From Ascidiella aspersa (lineage: Eukaryota): a DNA stretch of 64,000 nt. Positions 1 to 13,391 of this stretch are shown here, piece after piece (positions within the stretch are counted from its first letter, which is position 1; each line of letters opens with the position of its first letter). The stretch is from assembly GCA_963924565.1 (NCBI GenBank), contig OZ004608.1, positions 23,746,001 through 23,810,000 on the forward strand, written 5' to 3'. The translations under genes were made by a program, and so were the position numbers. The notes beneath the pieces were generated by a model, which was not told the DNA's origin, ran no database searches, and was given only the letters and a program-made list of their open reading frames with translations.

Positions 1-50
1 CCATGCAAAATAAAACAAGTGGCACGCGTGCCAGGGGTTGCCGACCCCTG
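1..50. mobile_element. Right end of a hAT-type MITE (continues left of window)
   Basis: Ends in GGTTGCCGACCCCTG, the reverse complement of the CAGGGGTCGGCAACC TIR seen at 9691 and identical to the end at 4976-4990; subterminal GGCACGCGTGCC palindrome; followed by gcaTAaac. Confidence 0.75.
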
Positions 51-199
51 GCATAAACTGTATATTACTAAATCTAAACTTTAAACGTACGAATTTCCTG
101 CATAATTCTCTTCTGTTCGTTGGCGTTTGCATATAAATAAAAATGTTATTTAACTAATATACACATTTTCCACCATATAAATCAATTGCTATAGCTCAC

Positions 200-247
200 C
201 TGAGTATATTTTGGCTTCAAATCGACTGGCGGTGGTGGAATAGACAT
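200..247 (-). CDS. Exon 1 of an aldehyde dehydrogenase, ALDH1A/ALDH2 family (gene continues left of window)
   Basis: Not in the ORF track. ATG at 247 gives MSIPPPPVDLKPKYTQ, then a CAG|gtgag phase-0 donor. It resembles the ALDH1A N-terminus (..DLKIQYTK|IFINNEW), with the intron at the same position. Only 16 codons are visible. Confidence 0.7.
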
Positions 248-2900
248 TTAATCTTTTAGTTTAACTTGTTTTTCACCACAATTTATAAAACAGAAATAGT
301 CTAACCTAAAGGTTCTGCTTTTATTTTTTCCAAAATAAATTATCTAATATAAAACAAGACAATTCGAACTATATTCAAGAGGCTTTTCAAAAATCGCCTG
401 TCCTTTAGTTTAGTGCTTAGCAACCAGCGAAACAATGCCAGACATGGCGCGACGTTCCCGGAGGTGTTTGCCTTGCGTATTTGTCATGAGTACGTTTTAA
501 TAATCAGTAGAAATACCACAAAATTAAGGGTCAACTTTTGTATTTTCATGTTGTCTCACTGAATATGTCATCGAAAAATAAACGTTATATTCATGTAAAC
601 CAAAGTACAGCAAACGAGCAAATTTTACGGAACAGTAAAATCACAATAACTGGAGTTACATATTATGGGCCCGCGGGTGCTTTGTTGGTTAAAAGCCATT
701 GCCTAAGAACAAATATTTTTCGTTAAAATTTAATGTTGAATTGAACCCGACAAATTTTCAACTATATTTTATTTTCATTCGGAAAATCTGCTGGCTGACT
801 TAACTCTGCATCAGGCCGAAGTTTTTAAAAACAAAGCTGGTCTTCTTTTTGCTTTCAATTTGCTCCATTTTTATTCAATGGCAAAAGCTCAACCGCTTTA
901 TACCTGTGATTGGCTTTCCGGCATTACTTCGGTCAATGTTATGCGATTATTTGCGCTAATATTTGACTGCGCCGAAGGGCAAAACACTAAATGTTCGAAT
1001 TTCTATTTATTAAACTGGCATGTAACCATGTGTGTGGGATTAGAGATAAATTTCACCAAAGGTACTAGGGCTACATCACTTTTGCAATATAAGTTATTTT
1101 GCAAGGACCAGTTAAAAATAAAAACAATCATTCTTATTCTCACAAAATCTATAAAATACATATTTAGCTTTGCTTTTTTTTAAATGTCGTATGATTGGGA
1201 CCTCTTGCATAATATCTTGGTCAACTCGGACATAAAACGTTCTATATTAGGGATTCGTACACTTCTTAGGTCGCGCCAGCTCATGTTAAGATCAGTCCGA
1301 CTCCTTTTGTATTATGCTATATGTGCTTCTTTATACTTAGCCACAAAAATGTCAATATTTTAAAATGTAGTTTATAGAACAGTGGTGCTCGACCTTTTCT
1401 TAGCAAATATGGTTAGGTTATCATTTTGGGGGCTTAAAATCGGGACGCTTTCATACAGTTCCAAGATCCAGCATATTTTGTGTTCATGTTTAAATGACGT
1501 CCTAAAAATGCGTCATAACGTGTTATAATGAAAAAGGTCTCCTGTTGCCAGTCAAATTCTCGCGCGAAGGTGCACTTAAAAATAGGAGCACTAAATGTAT
1601 TCCGGTCGTTTGCGACGACTTAAGAAATCAGCGAGAAAGAAATATTAAAATGTCAAATTTTCCACACCTTCTGCGAGTTTAATCATAAATTGCTCCTTTT
1701 TCTGGACTGACTATAGTAGGCCCTGACCCAGAATTTGTGTTTCTAGGAGGTTAAAACGTGACATCACAAAGTTATATCTTAATGTGTGGCAGAGGTGTTC
1801 CTTTCATTACAAAAGCCACAATATAAAAATGTTTTCGGGTGCGCAAAGCGAAAAAAACGGCTTTATTTTTTTTAATTGTCAAAACGTTCATTTTTGAGGA
1901 TGCGTGATGAACGCACGACGCCTTTGGCTAAAACCATTTTACTAAATAAGCATTAACACACCTCATCTTATAACAGATTTTACGTAGTTAAAATAGGAAA
2001 AAAAAGTCCATTATTTCCCCACTGATCTTGACACTAATCGCACAAAGCTGATCTCTATTTGGTTTCAATTTTCAAATATTTTGCTCGGTATATTGATATC
2101 TAAAGATATTTTAGACAACAAGTTGAGCTGTATGGCTGCACCGGAACGACTTAAATGTTCGTAGGAATCGCTAAAAAATTAAAAAAACGACCCTTGTTTT
2201 AAATTAAGTTGAAGTTGGCAAAATTAAATTTCTGAAGCGCCGTTATACTTAGCTGTTATGTTAATATGTAGAGTCGGAAAACACGTAATAGGCTAATCTA
2301 ATTTAACAAAAATTGTACTTGGTGAGTTTATTATTTAACAATAACAAAATAAAGTTGGCAAAAAAATATGGTTTGGAAGGTCAAAGGCCTGGTTCGCGCA
2401 TGTCCCAGTTTGACGAATAGTGCTAAATATGATAAAACATACAAAGCAACTTTATAGATATAATATTCTTGAGCCGTTTCACTATGAATTTAATCGTGTA
2501 ACGTTCAAAAAGTATGTACTTCTATCAAATCTCTTCGTGGTTAGGTACTAATCGTTTCAGTATGAATTTATTTGTACCAGTGGGTAGTGTTATGAGTATG
2601 AAACAAAATAAATCGCAATTGTTACGGGATACCAATTAAATAGTTTGGTAAACGCGGCTTTGCTTTACTGAGACATTTAAGTACCATTCTGTTCGTGCCT
2701 ACATGACATTCGATCCGAACCTCGAAGACAAAACAATAACCTATTTACAACCAGTTCCTTTCACTAGCGTAACCTGATTGTATGCACCAAACAGCTATTC
2801 TGTGTTTCCTATACCTATATGTGCTTGTGGTTTCTAGTCGCGGCTGATCATTTGCAGTCAATTTATACTGTTATTCTGTAGAAAAGATTTATCTAATTCG

Positions 2901-5900
2901 ATGAACTGCTTGAACCAAGCCATATCAGAAGAGCGGATTCACCAGGTTGGTTATTTTGGACTAAGAAAGGAAGACCTCTTTTAATTGACCCGAAATGAAT
3001 TTATCGCGTTGTGGGCCAAGAGTTTACAACAGAACTAGAAAATATTTGTATGACCAATTTTCTGAAAAACATATTATTAACCAACCAGGTGTCGGGTCTA
3101 GATTTAGCCGTGGTTATTTATCAGTTGCTCTTTAGTTTATAAAACATCTACCTATATGAGATTTAAGTATCTTGGATTATGACCAGCGTTTCTCAACTGT
3201 GGCATATAACACGTTGTTTTTCTATCATGACCCAAGATAACTATCTTGTGAAATTCCGTAACGAAAAACGTTAACAAGAGGCCACTAAGTGTTAAAAGCC
3301 TGTGGAAGGGGCCAGACGCCATGAAAGGTTGAGAACCACAGGTGTAGACTGTAGAGATTAAATATTGTAGCCTCCGTACTATAATAATGCTATTTCAAAT
3401 ATTCCGAATATTAATCAATCTATATAACGCAAAGCCATTTCAAATATTCCTAAAATTAATCAATCTATTTCTCAACCTCGCTTTACCTGTTAACCACCAA
3501 TAGGTTAGGCTTTTGCTTACACTTGGAGTGAATTCAGAAACGAGGGACAAAAACGATTTCTATCGAACTCCACTGCTCAAGGCTTCTATGCTGTCTAGTG
3601 AAGAGTCGGCTCAAAAAATTACAAAGGTAAAACAATAGACAATATTAAGCATAATCAAAATGCAACTAATACATTTTCGTATATATATAATGACTAGATT
3701 TACGCAATAGAACCGATTGATTAACTGTTCAGCGATTCGACTATTTAACCTCTATAGATTTTGCTGAAGACCAAATTGAACATAAACGCAATTGACGACC
3801 AATGCCGCTCAGCATTACACTACGCATGTCGAAGCGGAAAAAGTGCACTGGTCGAAACGCTGATAAAGGAAGGGTCGGTCGAGCTGAATAAACAAGATGT
3901 CGACGGTTTGTTTACCACCATAACGTTCTAGTCGTCAGAGTGTGTCAGTAGGGCGTGTTTGTTTTGCAAATTCCTGCAGCACTCCACTCAAATCTTTTGG
4001 AAGTTTTGCTCTACCTGTAGAGCAGGGGTGTCTAACCTTTCAGCTCTTGACGGCCGCATTGACAGTCTTATTTTCTTCACGGCCGCAAGTGAAATTATAT
4101 TAGGGATGACTCAAAAAGTTGTCAAATCGTGACGTCATAACATAATTAATCTTGAAAAGACGTTTTTTTGTCTAACGAACTCGTGGTTAAAAATGGAACC
4201 TAACGCACGCGAAAAAAAATGCGTTTATTACGTTTAGATTTGGCAAAACTTTTAATTCAATCGAAATGAGCTTAGGCACATAAAATAATCGCATATTGTT
4301 ATAAACACAAGCATTTATGTAAGAATTGGATTTTATTTGGAATGCAGCGCAATATGCCATGATATAAATAGCACTTTTGATATTAACGGATTTACTTCAA
4401 AGGGACTAAAATACAATAAAGACATATAGAAGAAGTTCGGGCAAAGCGCGAAAAAATAGCTTTAGCATTGAAATTTGTCAAAAATAATATTTTTAGGGGG
4501 CATGGTCAGGTGTCCTCTCTGGATCCACCCCTGCTCTAATGCTCTTAGCCAATCTAATGACCAGCAATGGTAGACGAATGTCTGGCTGGCCTATAACATG
4601 CCTCAAAGTCCCAAATTCAGCATTTTTTTTGTATACTGGCATTTGTTTGAAATTTCGTGCAAGTTTTTATTACATTGCCAAAAATTAAAAACAAATTAAA
4701 AATATATGCCTAATATTTTTGAATACGGTTTCCGTTTGTCCGCAATCCACTTGTCAGCCTTCCACTGTTCAACGGTAAAGAAGCGCTGATCTAGTTCAAA
4801 AGACAGCCTCAAAACGTAAACGAACCGGACGTAGAAATATCATTCGCGCGAAGCGCGGAAAAATTTTAGGCACTTGCCTACAAAAAGTATTTGTAATGGA
4901 CTCGTGTCTAGTTTGTCCAAAGAAGCCGCGGGCTGGATGAATTACATGGCGAGCCGATCCGGTCGGCGGGCCGTAGGTTGCCGACCCCTGTCATACACTG
5001 ATTTCTTTGTGCATTAATCAATCAATGAAATCAAGTTTTTTTAGCGCACATAAGAAATATCTTCCCTGAGAATGTAGCGAAAGAGCTTAGCTCACTGATT
5101 TAACTGCAATCCCTAAAGTCGTAAAAAATTATAATCTGCATTTAGCATATCAACCATTAACGCATGCCAGCACGGTCACGGCCGCCAACACATGCTTATT
5201 AAAATACGTGTTAACGGCCACACAATTATTCATCGACGGCCGCAGGTTGGACACCGTTGCTATAGAGTATAGAATTCTTAATACACATTGTGACATAACA
5301 GATAACCACTTAAAAAATAACAGATAACCACGAAAATGTTAGTAATGGTGCCGTGAACTATTTATATTTTATAAAAAGTCTAAAAAGTTTGGGAACCCTT
5401 GAAATAAACACTTTCAAAAGTTGGTAACGTCTGTTTTCCGTTGTAATGTCACCCAATAAAAACATATATTTAACATAATTATATAATAACCATTATAAAA
5501 TCGACGGCACGTTTACTTCAAAAAGACGGAAATAGTTTACCTAAATCGTCATATGAACTTTGCTATATGTTTTGAGTTTGTCATTTTAGATTATATAAAT
5601 ACCTTTTATCCCTTACAATTTGAATTTTTTAAAACAAACCAATTTTGAACAAAAATCTTTAGCTAAACGTTTACTGGCGAGTTCGTCAGCTATTTTTCCT
5701 AATTTGTGCTATACAAACGATCAAAGTTACTGCTTTCCTAAAAATTTAGACTAGCCGTGTGCTGGTCTCAACACTAAATTAATCAAATCGTAATTTATGC
5801 CTATCTAATTGAAAGGTTAAACAAGAAAAAAACATTAGCCTATATTATTTTTGCGCTCGGAGCAAACTTTAACGTTGTTTTTTGTGTGAATCAAGGTTCA

Positions 5901-8900
5901 TCCAAACAAAACGTTGGCAATATAATCCTAACAAACTCTGTTTTTCTGCGCTTCGTGGCAACGCCTTGATTCTTCGAACGTATTTCGACTTGATTTCATT
6001 TGCACATTTGCGCACGCGTTTGACAGAGAACAGAAATATTTTTCATGAAGGTTACTTGTTTTATGACGTCATGTTATGACGTAAATTTGTGACGTGTTCT
6101 TTAATAAGTGTCATTCTCCCTGAACAAAAATCGTGAAACCGACCTGTTATCATTTCATGCAATATTTTGACAAAATGTAAAAAATACATTTTTATTCATG
6201 TTACCCCTAAAAATTGTTCGATAACTGTTTAAATACCGATATGTATTTTGTAAATGCAGTTTGCCTGGGTTTAACTGTACTTTATCAGTATAAAATTTGT
6301 TTGATGTAAGCGTTTTGAGAATAAAATGCACAAATATCAATTGGTTAAATTTTTAGGACGAACCCCGTTGATGCTGTCGGCGATGAACGGTCACTTACGT
6401 ACATCTCGTATATTGGCTTTAAAACTTGCTAAATTCGACCTCGAAATGGATCTGAGAGATAACAAGGGCTTTACCGCACTTCTTCATGCAATAAAGAACA
6501 AAAACTACGATATTGCATACGACCTTATACGGTACCCTGTTCAGTTACTGATATGTATATTTTCACTTTTTTTTCGTGTTTTACAACAAAACCGATTATC
6601 AAATAATTATCTATGTGTTGCTCTGTGCTTTTGTTAATCATCTTTCGATGGTTGTAGATATGGGAACTCCTGTACTACAATACGCGACGACATTGAATTT
6701 AAGAATGCCAGCGAATGGCTGCGAAAGTCGCTTTGCGATAGTCGCTTCCGCATCAATACTACTATAAAACCAAGTATGAATGATGCAAGCAATCGAACCA
6801 AGATCGGAAATCAACAACAAAGGAAACAAAGCGCCTCCGTAAACCATCCGCAAGTTACCCTGACTGAAAACTCACTAGAGGGCACTGCTGATAGGCAAAG
6901 TGACACGCAGGATTCCGAGGTTCCATCAACGATTAAGGAGGTGGCGGCACTTTCTGGCCTACTATTCGAGCCTGATCCCTATGGGCGTCACAGCAGACCT
7001 CCTTCTAGTGTTTCCAAGATCAGTCAAACGTCTGCCGTGGTAAGCGCCTACAAACATTAATAAGCCATACTTAAACTCACATACTATATTCTGTGGTTGG
7101 GAAAACAACTACTCTTGTAAAAAAAAGTAGTTTTCAAAATCTCCCTCGAAATTGTTGCACCTGTCACAGAATGCAGGATGGCCTTGTTGTAAAAATACTA
7201 TATTGCTGATTAAAACCATTTTTATAACATTTCACTGCCATTAGAAGCGAGCTTGCTTTTAGACTAAACTCTATAGTCTCCTGTCATTTTGCCGTAAAAA
7301 CGCTCAACTGAGACATTATAGCGACGTTTTAAGAAGATTTAAATTAAAACAAAAAGTCGGCCTTTTTATGAAAAACATGCACAGTGTTATATTGAGAGTT
7401 TCCCCATTAGACGCCTGCGTCCAAATCAGCTAAGATGGTTATAATGCCCCACGCCCCCAAAAATAGTCATTTTTGTGGCAGGGCTGCAGAATCGGTTTAA
7501 ACATCTCGAGTCCGACTCCGACTTTAAAATAAAGTCGAGTACAGAGTCTCTCCAGTTAAATAAACCTACTCCTTTGCGTCCCGAGTCCGGTCGATAACTC
7601 TGTACTTTATTGCGGCATGGTAAGGTAAACGTTCTTTAACTATACCTGTGAAGACTGAGACTATAGCCTAACCCCGAATTGCGGCTGCGGCCACACAACC
7701 GCGTAAGTTGAAATTAAATTTCTATTTAAGGCTCCTTACAAATTGCAAAATATACGTGCGCTTCTAATCACAACCAGTAACAGACATGATTCACAATGCG
7801 ACCAAAAATTAAAATAGTCTTATGTATTGGACGGCTAAGTATGCTACACTTTATGAGAAACCAGAAGCCTAATAGACACATTGTTTTGAATGGGGGTATC
7901 GCGTACTAATGGTAATGTAAATTCACAAAAACCAACAATTAATGCTGTATCACCCACGAAACTAAAATATGGATATACAGCAAACCATTTTTAGGGTTGT
8001 CATATAACTCATCCAGACACATACTCAAGTCGAAAACATTCCACCATGTGCTATTCCAGCTTAACGATATACAGTATGTGCAGCGATAACGGTTCAGAAT
8101 TTTGCTGCGCAAGCGCTCGTCAGACTCCAGACAAAATAACACCGACTTTGTCGAGTCAGGAGTCGGACTGGTTATGAAAACAGATGCACAAACAAACTGG
8201 TTATGGGATCAATGAACAAATTAAATTGCCACTGATTGTCAGGGTCTGATGCTCGGTGCCATACCAAACAACATCCTAATGGATTTATTTTTGTTACAGA
8301 AACGGCGCCTTGCTTCACCACTGCATTCGGAATCTAGGCCCCAACTACAGGAAAGCCAGCTAGACGACATTAGTGATCTAACATCGGAAGCCACAGGAAA
8401 CCGCCGATTTTACGAAGATGCCACCGATGGACGGCGTTCGAAAGCAGATTCTGCCATTCAAATAAACAAAGGGCGTTATTCGGCGCGGAAAGCAGTTGCT
8501 TCTGCCGCCAGCAAGGTGCCTTCCGCATCAGTAATGAGGCGAGAGGCGCTAGCCAATGCTTCAGTCAATTTGCCAATCTCGTTTGACGGCCAGGCAAACA
8601 AGAAAAGCAATTTGCTTCTTTTGGTCAAAGTGCCTGCCAAAGATCAGTCGAAGTTCAATGTGAACGCAATACAAAAACTGAAGCAGGCCATAAGGGATCA
8701 GCGAAAATGTAAAGTAACGCGTCCAAGCACAAGGATCACGCGACCATACACCGCAATTCCGTACGAAGCGATTCCGGAGATGGGGGAGTTAAAGCTGCCG
8801 ACTCGCCCACATACAAGAGCAAACGTGGAAGGAATAAGAAGACTACAAGGTGATGACGGAGGGGAGAAGAGCGACAAAATCAAAGTAGCTCAAAAGTCGC

Positions 8901-11900
8901 CCAGGATGCGAAAGAAAGCACAATCACTCGAGTCTTTGAACACGATGGTGACAGGGACAGACAACTCGGACCTTACTGGCGTGAATAACTATCAGAAAGC
9001 GAGGTAAAATGCTGTTTGTTTTTCTCTTTGTATGTACTATTAATCGAGATTGTATGTGCTACTATAATAATTTACCTACATTGGTTAATAATGCATTGTT
9101 ATTTTCTCGTGCCTACCAATGGATTTGCAAATATTGTTAAGTTAGCAGACTTGAAAATAAATTTTTACTTATTAATTTTTGTTGTCATTTAGCGCCATCG
9201 AACGGGCGCAAAGAAACTTGAGCACACTGTTCCACATGTATACAGAAAGTCGACTTTGGACTCCAGCAAAGCACAAGCCCGCATCTCTATACGTACAGGT
9301 AATAACATAACATACTTTACCAACTAAAATAGCCTGTAAGGCTCATGTGGACGTCCGCTGATTTCAACGTCCGCTGATTCACTAGATCAGGGTTTCCCAA
9401 ACTTTTTTGGACCACGGACCACTATTTGTGAATCTGTTATTTCACGGACCGCAATACAAAGCAAAAATTAAATAAAACTTAGTTTGATATATTTACAAAA
9501 CTGACACCATCAATGGGACGGATGGGATTGATTTTTTCTGCATAAATCATCAATTATTTTCATTCTGCATGAATCATCAACTCCAAGCGCAACAAGTAAG
9601 ATTTACGATAATGGACAGCAATAGCTTTCGAAATCAATAAGTTGTGAATAACTGCGCAATTATCTTTGAAAGGATAGACATACTGGACAACAGGGGTCGG
9701 CAACCTTTTTCTAGTCGCGGGCCAAAACCAAACTCAGAAAGGTCTCTGCAGGCCGCACAAAATGTGAACTAAAAATTGTGTTATTATAATGTTAGAACAA
9801 GTGTAAATCAGGCGGGCTTCGGGTATTTTTTTGCACTTAAAAAAGTGTTTAGTTACTATTAAGGAGGCAGTATAAAGTGTTGACGCAAAGCGGGAAAAAA
9901 GCGTTTGTTTGGTTTAACATTCGAGTCCACACGTCTTCATCTATATTAAAACGTGTAAGAAAAAACACTTTGAGAAAACGGGAGAATGATAATGGTTAAT
10001 GTAGTTGACTGTTTGTTAACCTAATTAAAAGGCCGGGCGCACCTGGCGAGCGAAGCGAGCGCGATTTTTTTGGGTATAACGGCATTTCTTTTAAATTTCT
10101 TGCAAGTTTTTATTATTTCAAAACTAAAAATTAAAAAATTATGTCTAATATTTTTGAATACGTTTTCCGTTTGTACGCGACGCACTTGGCACTTGGCAGT
10201 CAGTCTTCCACGGCGCAACGGTCAAGAAACGATCATCTAGTTCAAATTAGTAAACAAACCTGATGTACAAATATCGTTGGCGCAAAGCGCGAAAATTTTT
10301 TGCATTCACGTAGTTAAAATAGTCAAAAAGTATGAGAAATGGACTCGTGTCTAGTTTGTCAAAGAGACTGCGGGTCGAATGAATTTTTACATTTCGCACT
10401 GCTGTACAACGTATATGTGTGACTTTTTTAATTTCTCGCCACGGACCACCTCTGCAGTCGCCGCGGACCACCAATGGTCCGCGGACCACAATTTGGGAAA
10501 CCCTGCACTAGATTGAAAGCAATATGATATACAGAATCACCGTAAGCTTTGGTTCGTCGTACACCCTCTTTTTATGGCGATGACATGTTTTGGGAGGCCT
10601 ACGGTGACAATAGTCTAAACCAGGGGTGGGGAAATGTTTTGAATGGAAGAGCCATTTCATAGAAAATACAAGTAACAGAGAGCCTCATAATTATTTCAAT
10701 ACAAAAACGGTTAACAGAATTGTGATATAATAAAACGGTAATAACAAATACAATAATAATAAGGGTAATAACAAAAATACACAAACAATATTTATCAATA
10801 TCATTCTTTTGTTTGATTTGCTAATCTCTGAAACCTTAGTAATGAAATTGCGATGACTTGCTGTTAACTAACTCTTCGGATTTTATGTTTAGTGTTACGT
10901 CAAAACGAAATTCTGGCCTAAATTAAGAAAAGAAAAATAGACAAACGTTTATAGTTGCCATTCTGGAATATTTTATTATTGTGAAAAAAATATTATATAA
11001 TCTAAATTAGTGACAGTTTCGCTATCCAGGTTAAATATTTCAGTAATTTAAAAAGTTAAAATTTTTGCGAATTGAAAAATAAACAATGAGGTATGAAATC
11101 AAAATTTCAGTAACTGGTCATGTTCAGTAAAATATTTTATAAAACAGAAAATCTTAGATCTAAAGCTTTAAGCAAGACCCTTAATGCAATTTTATACCGT
11201 ATTAAGCTTTAAAAAAGTTGATTTTTTTGTTAAAATGTATTGAACATTTTCAAAAATCCTTTTTAGATTATTTTTTAGAATTCTCTATAAAAAATCTAGA
11301 TGTTTCTAGATTAAATTTATTGTAATTCTAGACGTTTACCCTAATAAAAAATGGCAACTATGCAAACGTTCATAAACGGTACTCTTGGTAACCTTTACAA
11401 TTTTTGGGGGAATTTTACGATTCAACTAGAAGAGCCACAAAAAACATGCCGGCGAGCCGCATGTGGCTCGCGAGCCGCAGTTTGTCCACCCCTGGTCTAA
11501 TCTAAACCAACGGTGTCCAATCTGCGGCCGTCTATGAATAATTATGCGGCCGTTAACACGTATTTTAACAAGCATGTGTGGCGGCCGTGCCTGTGCTGGC
11601 ATGCGTTAGTGGTTGATATGCTAAATAAAGATTATAATGTGTTACGTCTGATGCAAAAATAAATCAGTGTATTTAACAATCTGAATGGTGGTGTCACATA
11701 AAGAAAAAATAAGAAATGATAATACCTATTTAACGGCTGAGCAGGCATGTGTTATGCGAGTTGTGAGTGAAATTATGGCAAAAATGTGGGACAGGTTGAG
11801 CGGTAGTTATAGAAAGTCTTGTTTATATTATATTTTGTGCTAGTTTCTTAAACTGTTACTGAGCAAATGGAGAGAAAATACATTAGGGATTAAATCTCCA

Positions 11901-12527
11901 GACACAATAAAAATCTGTATTTCGCTAATAGGCCAAAAACCAAAAAAGATTAAATCATTACCCACAGACAGTAGGCCCGGGGTCCCAGGTCAACGAACTT
12001 GGTAACACCCTAAAAACTGAATGGACACCGTTTCGACGATCCGCCGTTCAGCTGCATCACGTGTCACATTGAAAGCACGGGATAATTAGAAAACAACTAG
12101 TATATGTTTAAGAATAATTGTTATATGACGTCACACTATGACCTAACTTTCTGACGTCATCTCTTTACTGGCGGCCGTGAGATCAATAAAGACGGTCAAT
12201 GCGACCGTCAACAGCTAAAAGGTTAGGTACCCCTGGTCTAAACTCTAAACTTATGATAAAACTAGACTTTTAAATTGTTGTCTTTTTCTGTGGTCTATAT
12301 GATAGGTTCCTCCGGTACCCAGCGAACGACCAACACTGACGTCAGAATTCACGGCGTCGGTAAGCGACCTGGCTAGTATTGTTGAACGAGGTTCGGTTTC
12401 GCAGAGTGAGACCGCAAGTCTACGACAGGACAAGGTGGCAGGCCGTGGTCGTTTGACAAGCGGGAGTGCTATTTCTAGGACATCCAGAAAATCAGCGCGG
12501 AGTAACAGCAGCAGCATCTTTCGTTAG
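2901..12527 (+). CDS. Ankyrin-repeat protein, ANKRD63-like (~634 aa): about 5 N-terminal ANK repeats plus a long Ser/Arg-rich disordered tail
   Basis: Exons 2901-2945, 3504-3626, 3758-3905, 6357-6531, 6658-7039, 8300-9003, 9193-9298, 12306-12527; all GT-AG and phase-consistent. ANK motifs RTPLLKA, RSALHYACRSGK, GRTPLMLSAMNGH, GFTALLHA. LALKLAKFDLEMDLRDNKGFTAL resembles ANKRD63 LVRSFRRLGLRLDRTNRAGLTAL. AATAAA at ~12594. Confidence 0.85.
4023..5259 (+). mobile_element. Non-autonomous hAT (Charlie/Buster-like) MITE, family B, with a nested fragment
   Basis: TIRs CAGGGGTGTCTAACC / GGTTGGACACCGTTG; 8-bp TSD ctgtagag/ctatagag; second copy inverted at 11508-12235; carries a family D fragment ending at 4990. 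Confidence 0.85.
9388..10505. mobile_element. hAT MITE with a nested truncated family D element (9691 to ~10385)
   Basis: TIRs CAGGGTTTCCCAAA / TTTGGGAAACCCTG; perfect TSD cactagat; subterminal GGACCAC repeats; internal CAGGGGTCGGCAACC at 9691. Confidence 0.9.
10621..11494. mobile_element. hAT MITE family A
   Basis: TIRs CAGGGGTGGGGAAA / TTTGTCCACCCCTG; TSD gtctaaac/gtctaatc; GAGCCGCATGTGGCTCGCGAGCCGC end motif; shorter inverted copy at 14788-15142. Confidence 0.85.
11508..12235 (-). mobile_element. hAT MITE family B (inverted relative to 4023-5259)
   Basis: Both ends match 4023-5259 in reverse complement (CAACGGTGTCCAA...TAGGTACCCCTG); TSD atctaaac/gtctaaac. Confidence 0.85.
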
Positions 12528-13391
12528 AGAGCAGACTACCGCGTTTAAAGCATCTACTGTATCTCGCTAAGCTAAAATATGCCTCTCGTGGATAATAAAA
12601 CTAAAAGATATATAGTACCAGACTGAGTACCGGATTTTGTCAAACGAAGGTATTTAACAGTTAAAAATCTATCGTGTAAAACAAATATAGCAAAATATTT
12701 AAGTAATGTCTTAGTTTTCCTGGACATGCAAGGTTTATTCCATTTTTCATTGTACTTTTTATTGTTAATAAAACGTAATAAAATATTTTCAGTGTGCCGG
12801 TACTGTTTAATTTAAAGAACATGTAACCCACATTGAGTCATAATCAGATCATGTCCAGAGAAATCGACATCCAAACCAACAGTTGGCTACCGCCTAATTG
12901 AAATGATGTGAAAAAACAAGCTCGTCTAAATATAGTTTCTTGTAACAAACCTTTTACTGTTCGTTAATTTTGTTACGCTATTATGTTGAGGGATGTTAAG
13001 TCGCTTAGCACCTTGGCTGTTACCGTATGCCTATACTTTAAAGTTACAGTATATAATGCATTTAACGACAGCTCTGGCATTGCCTATTGGTAATTAAGAA
13101 ATATTTCAAGGTATCAAAGCACATCTTTTATACTGAGCAGTCAAAAACTAATTCGTTTCTGAAATACCATATCCTAATCAGCGTTTATCTACGATGCGTG
13201 TAGTGCCCCCTTCTTGCTGAATTCTCAGTTATCGCTAAACAATAGCTTGCCTTGAAGTATATCTGAGCATCCATATTTTCTTTGTGGTCGATTCGTGTGA
13301 CAAGCGATGTAGATGTACTAAAACCTATAGCGAACAAATGACGTTTTCAAGACATTATGTCGCTCGACAACATTCACATATGAGGTATACT

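Noticed and set aside
12251-12517. Minus-strand ORF with a Leu-rich start resembling a signal peptide
   Set aside because: Antisense of the last ankyrin-gene exon
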